DNA from: a virus
Direction: 5' to 3' (one strand)
Length of the DNA: 64,000 bases
IMG/VR virus record: IMGVR_UViG_3300045049_000286
Location: 32,001-96,000 of that record
This document shows, piece by piece, positions 47,135 through 56,849 of this stretch (position 1 is its first letter; every line of letters begins with the position of its first letter). The notes beneath the pieces were generated by a model. It was not told the origin of the DNA. It saw only the letters and a program-made list of their open reading frames with translations, and made no database searches. The position numbers and the translations under genes were made by a program.

Positions 47135-47221
47135 CGTAGCCTATGACGCACGACTTTTGCTGGTGTCCCAGCAGGTTGGTGAATATCCGCCAGAAAATGC
47201 CCACTTCTACCGTCCGGCCGC

Positions 47222-48709
47222 ATGGGGAGCACCGAACAGGCCGAGCGCAAGGCCCTCATCACCGACATCGTCGAGAAGGTCCTCATGGTGGTCGACGAGC
47301 TGTCAGGTCACCCATTGCGCCCGTATCAGAGGCCGTTCGCCGCACGGGTGATCGAGTCGCTGATCGTCGAGGACAGCGCCAAGATCACCGCCCTGTGGAG
47401 CCGGCAGTCCGGCAAGTCGGAGACAGTGGCCAACACCATCGCCGGATGCATGATCATGCTGCCCCGCCTCGCGAAGCTCTTCCCCGACATGCTGGACAAG
47501 TTCCGCGAGGGCCTGTGGGTGGGCGTCTTCGCCCCCACCGACGAGATGAGCGAGACCCTCTTCTCCCGCGTCGCCTCGCGCCTCACCTCCGACCGGGCCA
47601 TGGAGATCTACGCCGACCCCGAGATCGACGAGAAGCTCGAAGGACGCGGCAAGGTCATCAAGATGAAGCGCTGCGGGTCGCTGGTGCGTAAGCAAACCGC
47701 GCACCCGAAGGCGGCCATCGAAGGCCAGACCTACCACATCGTGTTCATCGACGAGTGTCAGCAGGCGGACGAGAAAGTCGTCAACAAGTCCATCGCGCCG
47801 ATGCTCACCGCGACCGCCGGCACGATGTGCATGACCGGCACGCCGACGTATCACAAGAGCGTCTTCTACGAGCAGATCAAGCTGAACAAGCGCAAGGCCA
47901 TCAACACCCCGAACTCGGACCATTTCGAGGTCGCGTGGAAGGAAGTGGCCAAGCACTACCCGCGTTACGGCAAGTTCGTCCGCAGTGAGATGGACCGATT
48001 GGGCGAAGACAGTGACGAGTTCAAGTTGAGCTACCGCCTGGTGTGGATGCTCGACAAGGGAATGCTCGTCACCTCCGACCGGTTCGAGGCCCTCGGCGAC
48101 ACGTCCATGAAGACAGTGCCCGAGTTCCACAAGTCCCCCGTCATCGTCGGCATCGACCCCGCCCGCAAGACGGACTCCACCGTGGTCACCGTCGTGTGGG
48201 TCAACTGGGACTACGCCGACGAATTCGGCCACTTCGAGCACCGCGTCCTCAACTGGCTCGACCTCACCGGCATGCACTGGGAAGAGCAGTACTTCCGGAT
48301 CGTTGAGTTCCTCTCCCACTACAACGTCCACGCCATCGGCATCGACGCCGGCGGCCTCGGCGACGTCGTCTCCCAGCGCCTGCGCGTCCTCATGCCGTAC
48401 GCCGACATACGCGACCTCAAGTCCGATCGCGGAGCCCAGACAAAGCGTTGGGGCCACATGATGGACCTCATGTCCAAGGGTCTTCTCGTGTGGCCGGCAC
48501 ACGCCAAGACCCGGCAGACCCGCAACTGGAAGAAGTTCCGCGCGCAGATGGAGGACGCGGAACTCAACTACGTGGGCCCGCACATCATCGTCGCCGCCCC
48601 GCAGGTCGACTCCGCGCACGACGACTACGTCGACTCCCTTTCCAACGCACTGTGGCTGACGGCCGAACTGCAGATGCCGACCGCCGAGATCATCAACACT
48701 CCATGGTGA
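47222..48709 (+). CDS. terL: terminase large subunit
   Basis: PYQ, SRQSGKSE Walker A, VFIDE Walker B, TGTP, GIDPA nuclease, HDDYVDS. Confidence 0.93.
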   Translation: MGSTEQAERKALITDIVEKVLMVVDELSGHPLRPYQRPFAARVIESLIVEDSAKITALWSRQSGKSETVANTIAGCMIMLPRLAKLFPDMLDKFREGLWVGVFAPTDEMSETLFSRVASRLTSDRAMEIYADPEIDEKLEGRGKVIKMKRCGSLVRKQTAHPKAAIEGQTYHIVFIDECQQADEKVVNKSIAPMLTATAGTMCMTGTPTYHKSVFYEQIKLNKRKAINTPNSDHFEVAWKEVAKHYPRYGKFVRSEMDRLGEDSDEFKLSYRLVWMLDKGMLVTSDRFEALGDTSMKTVPEFHKSPVIVGIDPARKTDSTVVTVVWVNWDYADEFGHFEHRVLNWLDLTGMHWEEQYFRIVEFLSHYNVHAIGIDAGGLGDVVSQRLRVLMPYADIRDLKSDRGAQTKRWGHMMDLMSKGLLVWPAHAKTRQTRNWKKFRAQMEDAELNYVGPHIIVAAPQVDSAHDDYVDSLSNALWLTAELQMPTAEIINTPW

Positions 48710-48777
48710 TTATCCGGCCCGAAATGCCGCTTCCTACGGTCCCGGTTCAAGACGTCTTGAACAGGAGGCCAACCCAC

Positions 48778-49173
48778 ATGGCCACATCCCCCCTCGCTCC
48801 GGACCCGGAGTTCCGCGAGAGCGCGGACCGCTTCTACGAGACGAAGACCGGCAACAACACCGCCCGCCGAGGCCCCCTGCGCTTCCAGGAAGGCTTGGGA
48901 AGCGACACCGATGTGCCGTCGGAGTTCGCGCGGGGCGCCATGCAGGGCTACGTCACCCCGCCCGGCCGCGCCAACCACAACATGAACGTCTTCGAGAAGC
49001 CCCCGGCGGAGACCATGCGCGAGCGCGCCCACGTCGGCTCCGCCTCGTGGCCCGAGGCTCCCACCTACCTGTCCGAGTACGCCGCCGGCGCCTCCGAGGC
49101 CGAGCAGAAGTACCTGCAGGTCGACCGGGGCGAGGGCCACCACAACCGCCACAACTACGCCCGGGTGGACTGA
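48778..49173 (+). CDS. conserved phage protein between terminase and portal
   Basis: AGGAGG RBS; RRGPLRF.EG..DTDVP. Confidence 0.75.
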   Translation: MATSPLAPDPEFRESADRFYETKTGNNTARRGPLRFQEGLGSDTDVPSEFARGAMQGYVTPPGRANHNMNVFEKPPAETMRERAHVGSASWPEAPTYLSEYAAGASEAEQKYLQVDRGEGHHNRHNYARVD

Positions 49174-49175
49174 GC

Positions 49176-49919
49176 ATGCCGGGTACGCCCACCCCGTTCG
49201 CAGGTCTCCCCCAGCCAGCCGAGGGAGACCTGCCGGACGTGCCGCACGACATCGGGGCCCTGGCTACCCGCGTAGACACCGTCCTCGCGCTGCTGTGCCA
49301 GAACACCTCCGGTTCGCCGGCAACGATGCCGACCACGGCGCAGAACCTGCTCGGTGTCGGCCCCTCGATCTCCTCCCTGCAGTCCACCCAGTCCACCCAG
49401 GCAGGGCAGATCACCACCCTGCAGGGCCAGGTCTCCACGCTGCAGACCAACACCGCGATCCTCGCGAACACCCCCCAGGTCAAGCAGCACCAGCCAAGCA
49501 GCAGCGTCACCGTAGCCAGTACCGGCATCATCAACGTGGACAACGTCACCCTGCCCACGGCCTCCTACAAGCGGCTGATGATCTGCAACATCACCGTCCA
49601 GGCCGGCTGGACCGACTACGCCACCAAGACCCCGCTGTCGCTCCAGGTCTACGGCAACATCAACAGCCAGCCGATCTCCTTGCCAGCCATCGGCGGCCCC
49701 AGCGTGCCCGTCCAGGCCATCCAGACCAGCTTCATGTGCACCGTGCCCGCCGGGAACTCGACCTCGGACTACGTCCAATACAACGTCCAGGTCGACCCCT
49801 ACACCACGCCCCCGTCCGGGAAGTCGTTCCAGAGCTTCACCGGCCCCGGCGGAAGCCTCCTGCAGATGATCTTCATCCCCTGGAGCAACGGCCCCGACCT
49901 GATCATGCCGCACTACTGA
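49176..49919 (+). CDS. putative virion protein with short coiled coil
   Basis: Heptads ITTLQGQVSTLQ; beta-rich C-terminus; position. Confidence 0.65.
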   Translation: MPGTPTPFAGLPQPAEGDLPDVPHDIGALATRVDTVLALLCQNTSGSPATMPTTAQNLLGVGPSISSLQSTQSTQAGQITTLQGQVSTLQTNTAILANTPQVKQHQPSSSVTVASTGIINVDNVTLPTASYKRLMICNITVQAGWTDYATKTPLSLQVYGNINSQPISLPAIGGPSVPVQAIQTSFMCTVPAGNSTSDYVQYNVQVDPYTTPPSGKSFQSFTGPGGSLLQMIFIPWSNGPDLIMPHY

Positions 49920-49955
49920 GCCGTCGCATTCGGAACCAGGAAGGGAGGTGATGCC

Positions 49956-51680
49956 ATGTCGATCGCCTTTGTCTCGCCGAGCATGAGGGCCGCCGCAAGC
50001 GACCTCACCGTCTCCGTCAGCCCCCTCGGGCTGGTGGAACTCGCAGACGAGGAGTTCGAGTTAGGTAGGTACACGGACCACGCCTGACCCGCTACGCTAA
50101 CCACTGGGCGTTCTACCTCGGCTACCACTGGGCCTACAAGCGTGAGGCCGGCGAGCCGAACATCACCGTGAACTACACCGGCGCCCTGTCCCGGTACATA
50201 ACGAACTTCACCTTCGGACGCGGCGTCAACTTCATGTCCGACAAGAAGTTCGAGCACATCATCCCTGCCCTCCTCGACCGCGCCTGGACCGTCGACAACG
50301 ACAAGAAGTCCACGCTGTGGCAGATGGGCGAGAACGGCTCCGTCGCGGGCGACTGCTTCGTCAAGATTGCCTACGAAGCCCCCTGGCAAGACCCGGCAGG
50401 AGGTGATCACCCCGGACGAGTGAGGATTCTGCCGCTGAACGCGGCGCAGTGCTTCCCTGAGTACCACCCCCACGACCGGGACCGATTACCGCCTCCTCCG
50501 GTTCAAGCTCAAGTACAAGTTCTGGGGGACGAGCCTCGAAGGCACCCGCCAGGTGTACACCTACACCGAGATCATCACCGACGAGTACATCGAGGAGTAC
50601 GTCAACGACGAACTGCTCGACGCCCGTGACAACCCCCTCGGCGCCATCCCGATCGTACACATCCGCAACATCTCCATCTCCGGCTCGCCGTGGGGACTCG
50701 CGGACATCGTCGACCTCATCCCGCTGAACCGAGAGTTCAACGAAAAGGCGACCGAGATATCGGACATCGTCAACTACCATGCCGCCCCGCTGACCATCGT
50801 CACCGGCGCCAAAGTTTCACAGCTTGAGCGCGGCGCCAAGAAGGTCATCGGGGGCCTCCCGAAAGACGCCAACGTCTTCAACCTGGAGAACGGCGTCGAC
50901 CTCAACGGGCCTCTCGCCTACCTCGACCTCATCAAGAGGGCGATGCACGAGCTGACCGGCGTCCCCGAGACCGCACTCGGCATGGCACAGCCGATCTCCA
51001 ACACCTCCGGGGTGGCTCTCCAAATCCAGTTCCTGCCGCTCATGAACCGGTACGAACTCAAGAAGGTCAACTACACCCTCGGCCTCAAGCGCATCAACGA
51101 ACTGATCCTGCGCACGCTCTTCCTCTACGAGCCGAACACCCTGCGCTACGACCCCGACTCCCAGGGCATGAAGACGCAGGACGACCAGCCCGACGTCCTC
51201 GACCCAGCCGACCCGGCCGTCTACAACGTCGACATCGACTGGCCGCCACCGCTGCCCATCGACCAGCTCGTCAAGCTCAACGAGATCCAGGCCAAGCTCG
51301 CCCTCGGCCTGGAATCCAAGCGCGGCGCGCTCCGCGAACTCGGCGTCGAGTTCGTCGACGAGAAGATGTCCGAGATCTTCGACGAGCAACTGCGCGAGGC
51401 GAAGGAGGAAGGCGCGCTCGAACTTATTCGGGCGGAAATAACCTCTGCCATCCTCCAGGCCACCGGGGTTACTCCTGACGGAGAAACTCCGACACCTGCT
51501 GCGAGCGCCACCGGCGCCTCTTCTGGAGGCAGTGCCGGCACGGAAGGCGCAGGACCCCTTCCCGGTCTCCCCGGAGTCGGGGGGACAACGGACACACAGT
51601 CGATGCTGAACGAACTCACGACCCTGTCCAAGGGCACCAAACTCGCCCAGTACAGGAATCCGGACAAAAACTCGGACTGA
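49956..51680 (+). CDS. portal protein encoded in three frames (49956-50060, 50069-50485, 50493-51680; about 569 aa if joined)
   Basis: GGGAGG RBS; portal motifs (G.V.GDCFV, NPLG.IPIVH..N, WG.ADI, NTSGVAL); two coding gaps each starting at an in-frame TTA. Confidence 0.85.
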
Positions 51681-51702
51681 AACCCACGTCTAAGGAAAGC
51701 AA

Positions 51703-52533
51703 GTGGAACCCCAGAGCACTGAGACCCAGCCGCCGGCCACGTTCACCGCGACCAGCATCCCCACCACCGCATGGAACGGCGGACCGACCCTCGGCACCGC
51801 CACCAGCACCGCACCCCAGACCTTCACGGCACAGGACATGGAACGGGCCCGCCAGGAGGAGAAGGAGAAGCTCTACGGCCGCCTCACCAAGGCCGAAGAG
51901 CGCGCCGCAGCGGTGGAGCAGGAGATGGCCCGCTGGAAGGCCGAGGCCGACCAGCGCGAAGCCGAGCGACAGGCCAAGCTCAACGAGAAGGCCCAGCGCA
52001 AGCAGGCCAAGCTCGCCGAGAAGGCCGAGCGCGACCGCGCCGCCGCCGAGGCCGACATGAGCGCCCGCCAGCTCCTCGCGGAGCGAACCCGGGAGTTCGA
52101 GGAGCGCTTCCAGTCCATGGAGGCGCGCCAGGCCGCCGAGAAGGCCGCGCTGGCGAAGGAGGCCGAGTTCAACCGACTCAGCGCCTACATCCAGCAGCGG
52201 ATCAACCAGGAGGCGGGCAGCATCGCCCCCCAGCTCATCGACCTGATCTCCGGCGACACGCAGGAGGAAGTCGACCGCTCCATCGAGCTGATGAAGGCCA
52301 AGACCGCCGAGATCGTGCAGTCCGTCGCCAACGGACAGGCGCAGAACCGCGCACAGCTTCGGGGAACCGCGCCCACGGGCTTCACCGCGAACGGGCCAGT
52401 GGACTCCGAGAACAACTCCCAGCAGCTCACCGCCGAGCAGATCGCAGCGATGCCCATGCGGGAATTCGCTCGATACCGGGGTCAGCTCCTGGGGGCTGCG
52501 TCGAGGTCCGGCAATCGCGGGCTCTTCGACTAA
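51703..52533 (+). CDS. capsid scaffolding protein
   Basis: Charged coiled coil between portal and capsid genes; AAGGA RBS. Confidence 0.8.
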   Translation: MEPQSTETQPPATFTATSIPTTAWNGGPTLGTATSTAPQTFTAQDMERARQEEKEKLYGRLTKAEERAAAVEQEMARWKAEADQREAERQAKLNEKAQRKQAKLAEKAERDRAAAEADMSARQLLAERTREFEERFQSMEARQAAEKAALAKEAEFNRLSAYIQQRINQEAGSIAPQLIDLISGDTQEEVDRSIELMKAKTAEIVQSVANGQAQNRAQLRGTAPTGFTANGPVDSENNSQQLTAEQIAAMPMREFARYRGQLLGAASRSGNRGLFD

Positions 52534-52563
52534 GACCCATCACCCAGAGAAAGGCTGCCGCAC

Positions 52564-53993
52564 ATGGCATCCGGAATCACGGGGACTCCGCTTCTGTCCC
52601 CGACCCCGACGGCGTACACCGCGTCGTCCTCGTCGATGCTCACGCCGGCGATCCAGACCATCTGGTCCAAGGAGATCCTCAAGGGTTAAGGGGACCTCGT
52701 GCGGTGACGTACGAGTAAACACCACGCTGTATCGGTGAACCCCTCCAAGAGCACGTCAGGGGAATACCGAGGGAACCCTCACCGGGGACTCCGTAGAGAC
52801 TACACGCGAGGCATCTCCAACGAGGCCGGCCGAACGGTGACGTAGGTCGGGGACTCACACGGACTGGGAGATGAAGATATAGTCCGGTCTGCACTCGATG
52901 GCAAAGGTGCAGAGCCAGGCAGAAATGACCTGGCCCCAACTGATCGGCTTGGGTAACAAACCGCTTCCAGGCAATGCCGATCCTGCGGTTCGAGCAGTTC
53001 ATGGTCAAGAAGACCGAACTCGGAACCGCGCCCGGCCTGTCCGTGAACTTCATGAGGTATCGGGCGCTCGATGGGGCTCAGCAGCTCGTCGAGGGCGTCC
53101 GCATGGAGACCCACGCGCTGACGGCCGAGCAGATCACCATCACGGTCGCCGAGCAGGGCTTCGCGGTCGCCGTGACGGAGCTTCTCCTCAACTCCAGCTT
53201 CGACGACGTGATGGCGAGCGCAGCCCGCCTCCTGGGCCGCAACATGGCCACCTACCTCGACGGGCAGTGCCGCGACACCCTCCTGGGTGCCCCGTCGGTG
53301 CTCTACGGCTACGACAAGCTCGCGTCGTGGGCGGCCGGCGAGACCCGCACTCCTCTGTCCCCGTACGACCGTGGCATGTTCGCCGACTCCGAGGCGACCA
53401 TGACCACGAACGGCGGCTTCTACTTCACGGCGGCGCTCGTCAAGGACGCCGTAGAAACTTTGGCCACGAAGAATGTCCCGCGACTCGGCGAGACGTACGT
53501 GGCCTTCGTGCACCCACACCAGAGCCGCCGCCTTCGTGACGACCCGGAGTTCATCGAGGTCACCAAGTACGCGGCGCCCGGCAATTTCATGCTGGGTGAG
53601 ATCGGCCGGCTCAACGACGTCGTCTTCATCGAGACGACCCAGGTGTTCCAGGGCACGTTCAACCCGCCGCCGCCCACCACCCAGCTCGGCACGACCATTC
53701 CGGTCGGCAACAGCCAGGTGTGGCAGGGGCAGCCTGCGCGGACGGCTTCCGGTTCGATTCCGGCGATTCCTGCGGTGACGCAGGTTCCGTCGAACCCGAA
53801 CGCCCCGACCAACTCCATCTACCGCGCTCTCGTCATCGGCGACAACGCGGCCGGCCACGCGATTTCGCTGCCGGTGGAGCTGCGCGATGGCGGCGTGCTC
53901 GACTTCGGCCGTGAGCACGCGCTGGCGTGGTACTCGATCTGGGGCCTCGGCCTCATCACGGACTACGCCGTCGTGCAGTGCGCGACGAACTGA
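52564..53993 (+). CDS. major capsid protein (N4-gp56-like), exons 52564-52679 and 52964-53993, 381 aa spliced
   Basis: Joined frame reads ...IWSKEILFQAMPILRFEQF; later HPHQ, GEIG, DFGRE motifs. Confidence 0.88.
52680..52963 (+). ncRNA. group I intron, 284 nt, no homing endonuclease
   Basis: Exon ends in U, intron ends in G; R element GTAGAGACTA (52793), S element AAGATATAGTCC (52874); P4 TCGGT/ACCGA; IGS AAG-GGGACCTC pairs with both exons. Confidence 0.9.
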
Positions 53994-54008
53994 TTCGGGT
54001 ACAAATTC

Positions 54009-54038
54009 GTGGGGCGCAGACTCCGCTCTGCGCCCCGC
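54009..54038 (+). terminator. hairpin after capsid gene
   Basis: GGGGCGCAGA/TCTGCGCCCC. Confidence 0.55.
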
Positions 54039-54061
54039 CCCCAATTCGCTAGGAGAAACAG

Positions 54062-54460
54062 ATGGTCGCGTCTCCGCGTTCCAAGCCCAACCCGAAGGAC
54101 TTCACCGGCAACCGCAAGCGCATCCTCGCCGAGCAGCACCGTGAGGAGCTGCTGGAGAAGCAGGCTCAGCTCTCCATGCGGACGCAGGTGATGCAGGAGA
54201 ACCTGGACACGCCGATCGACGTGCTGACAGGTCTTCCCGTGGAGGGCGCCGCGTCGGCGCCGGTCGACGGTGACGACGACGTGGCCACGCCGGTGTACGT
54301 GGCTCCCGAGTTCGCGACCATCCGCGTCGCGTGCGACCTGGAGAAAGTGACGATCGGCCAGGGGAAGGTCTACGAGTTCCGGGAGGGCCAGGTCTACCGG
54401 GTGCCGTACAACGTGGCGGTTCACCTGTGGAACCTGGGATACGTCTGGCAGTGGCTCTAA
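54062..54460 (+). CDS. hypothetical head-module protein
   Basis: AGGAG RBS; position. Confidence 0.75.
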   Translation: MVASPRSKPNPKDFTGNRKRILAEQHREELLEKQAQLSMRTQVMQENLDTPIDVLTGLPVEGAASAPVDGDDDVATPVYVAPEFATIRVACDLEKVTIGQGKVYEFREGQVYRVPYNVAVHLWNLGYVWQWL

Positions 54461-54473
54461 GGGAGGCAGTGCC

Positions 54474-54827
54474 GTGGCGCGTGCGCCGAAGTCCCTCAAG
54501 GACGTGGACAAGCAGCCCGTGGTCGGCGGCTGGTACCGGCTGCTGGAGCCGATCGGCTCTGGGCCCGGTCACCTGTCGGTGACGCATTTCGCCGGCGAGG
54601 AGGAGCGGGAGCGGCACGTTCAGGTCGTCGCCATCCCCGAGCCAGGGACGGCCGGCACCGGGCGCGTGTCGGAGGCGTCGCCGCTGGTGCGCTGGTTCCA
54701 GCACACCCCCGAGGGCGTCTGTGAGCACATCTCGCAGGTGCCGATGGAGATGTTCCGTGCGCGGGTAGCGCCTGGCCAGGAGCCGCCTGAGCACGAGGTC
54801 GTCGAGGCCCGTAAGAGAGGTGCCTGA
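54474..54827 (+). CDS. hypothetical protein
   Basis: GGGAGG RBS. Confidence 0.7.
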   Translation: MARAPKSLKDVDKQPVVGGWYRLLEPIGSGPGHLSVTHFAGEEERERHVQVVAIPEPGTAGTGRVSEASPLVRWFQHTPEGVCEHISQVPMEMFRARVAPGQEPPEHEVVEARKRGA

Positions 54828-55300
54828 TGTCGGGGTTCATCGCGATGCAGGGCTGCCTGTCGGACCTGTCCTATCTGGTGGGGCAGTCCACGCCGCTGGC
54901 TGCGGAGTGGGCGGCCAAGACGGCGGCCGGCGATCCCAACCCCATGACGACCTACCTGATGCTGCTGTCGGCCGCGCCGACGGACTCAGGCAGTGACATG
55001 GGCACCTTGGCGGGGATCGAGGTCACCGGCACCGGGTACGCGCGGCAGCCGGTGTCGTGGGCGTCGCCGGTGTCGACGACCCGGTCGATCGCGAACGGGC
55101 TGCTGACGCAGTTCGGGCCGTTCACGGACGCGAGCGGGTTGAACCTGCCCGTGATGGGGGCGGCGCTGGTAACCCGGGCGACCGGAACCTCCGGCATCTC
55201 GCTGATGCTGTGGAGTTTGGCCAGTGGTTTGACCACTGCACAAAACCAGGTCCTGCAGGTCGCGGCCGGCAACCTGGTGATGACTCTCGCGACGAGCTGA
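54827..55300 (+). CDS. virion structural protein (EVTGTGYARQ type)
   Basis: YL.L....PTD...EV.G.GYARQ motif common in actinophage virion proteins. Confidence 0.7.
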   Translation: MSGFIAMQGCLSDLSYLVGQSTPLAAEWAAKTAAGDPNPMTTYLMLLSAAPTDSGSDMGTLAGIEVTGTGYARQPVSWASPVSTTRSIANGLLTQFGPFTDASGLNLPVMGAALVTRATGTSGISLMLWSLASGLTTAQNQVLQVAAGNLVMTLATS

Positions 55301-55302
55301 GC

Positions 55303-56145
55303 ATGGCTGACTATGCGAACCTGATCACCCGTATCCGCAGCGAGGTCGGCGACTTCGGGTCGCCGTTCGTCGACACCTTCCTCGGCGCGGACGAGCTGTC
55401 CTCCTACGACCTGTCGCAGGTCAACGTGTCGCAGTGCACGGCCACGGTGTCGGCCGGCGACCCGCCGGCGGCCGTGGTGCTGCGGCCTGGGCAGGACTAC
55501 TTCCTGGACGCGCACGAGGGCCGGATCGTGTTGTCGAACCCGGCGTACTCGCCGCTCCACCAGGGCCAGACGCTGCGGGTCACCGGCATGGCCGAGGGCA
55601 TGTTCTCGGACAGCGACCTGCACCAGTACATCGACGACGCTTTCGCCCAACACACCTACGGGCGCACCATCCAGACGCGGTACAAGGACCAGTACGGTTT
55701 CATCCGCTACACCGACGCGCCGATGACGCTGGCGACGCTGCCGGCGGTGGAGACGCCGCTGGTGGCGTACCTGGCGACGATCAACGTGCTGTGGACGCTG
55801 GCGACGGACGCGGCCACCGACATCGACATCTCGACGGCAGAGGGCACCTTCGTCGCCCGGTCGCAGCGGTACCGGCAGCTCATGGAGCACATCGGCACGC
55901 CGACGACCGGGCTGCAGGGCCGGTACAACCAGCTCGCCGAGCAGCTCAACGTGGGCCTGTCGCGGATCGAGGTGTTCACGATGCGCAGGGTGTCGCGGAC
56001 GACGAACCGGCTGGTGCCCGTGTTCAAGGACCGGGAGTACGACGACGCGTCCATGCCGGTGCGGCTGCTGCCGCCGATCGACGGCGCCGAGATCGAGGAC
56101 CACTCGGGGATTCCGTCCCCGCTCATGCCTGGCGTCTGGGGGTAG
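55303..56145 (+). CDS. head-to-tail adaptor-like protein
   Basis: RIRSEVGD...FSDSDL...RSQRY pattern; position. Confidence 0.65.
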   Translation: MADYANLITRIRSEVGDFGSPFVDTFLGADELSSYDLSQVNVSQCTATVSAGDPPAAVVLRPGQDYFLDAHEGRIVLSNPAYSPLHQGQTLRVTGMAEGMFSDSDLHQYIDDAFAQHTYGRTIQTRYKDQYGFIRYTDAPMTLATLPAVETPLVAYLATINVLWTLATDAATDIDISTAEGTFVARSQRYRQLMEHIGTPTTGLQGRYNQLAEQLNVGLSRIEVFTMRRVSRTTNRLVPVFKDREYDDASMPVRLLPPIDGAEIEDHSGIPSPLMPGVWG

Positions 56146-56147
56146 CC

Positions 56148-56780
56148 ATGTGGTCTCGACTGGACTGGAAGCGCGGCCGGTTCAACGTGAACTCCGAGAC
56201 GACGTTCATCCATCGCGGGCTTCGCGGGTGGCAGCGCGGCTGGGGCGACTCGATCACGTACTGGCGCTACGAGGATGACCTGTCGGCGGAGAACATGCAC
56301 CCTGTCTACGACGAGGCGACCGGCGCTGGGAAGGTCTTCTACGGGGCGTGGCAGATCCCGGTCTTGCACGTGAACCACAACGAGGCGACTGACACGGAGC
56401 CGCGCGACGCTGGTCTGTACGTGACGGATTCGCTGGAGGTGGTGTGCGAGTTCGACCAGCTCATGCGGATCGGGCTGTCGGAGGTCGATCTCAAGCACGG
56501 CGTGTTCCAGCGTGACCGCATCACCTACGACAACCTCGTCTTCGGGGTGCGGCATGTGGACATCCAGGGTCAGATGCGGCGCCGTGATGTGATCGTGACG
56601 ATTTCCGCGACGCAGCTCATGAACGATGAGATCGTCAACGACCCACAGTTCAAGGACTACCTGGACGACGTGAACTTCGACAACAGCTTCACGAAGTCGA
56701 CGTTCACGAAGCCTGCGTCTTCGATGCCCAAGGGGCCGACGCACGGGGCGAGCTACCACGACCAGGGGACCTGGCACTGA
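56148..56780 (+). CDS. head closure/neck protein
   Basis: Position; HPVYDE...DRITYD..VF. Confidence 0.55.
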   Translation: MWSRLDWKRGRFNVNSETTFIHRGLRGWQRGWGDSITYWRYEDDLSAENMHPVYDEATGAGKVFYGAWQIPVLHVNHNEATDTEPRDAGLYVTDSLEVVCEFDQLMRIGLSEVDLKHGVFQRDRITYDNLVFGVRHVDIQGQMRRRDVIVTISATQLMNDEIVNDPQFKDYLDDVNFDNSFTKSTFTKPASSMPKGPTHGASYHDQGTWH

Positions 56781-56849
56781 CATTACCGGCGGGAAAACCA
56801 AAGCACAGAGCCTGGGCGCAGAATTCAACGAGCTGCGCGGAGGCGGGCT

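Noticed and set aside
50061-50492. Portal inserts as transposon excision footprints (AGGT-AGGT; ACCG-ATT-ACCG)
   Set aside because: No transposase in the window, and it does not explain an in-frame TTA at both sites. Micro-duplication may still be how the landing codons arose.
52898-53539. ORF starting inside the intron (possible homing endonuclease)
   Set aside because: No LAGLIDADG, HNH or GIY-YIG motif; it is mostly an off-frame overlap with capsid exon 2.
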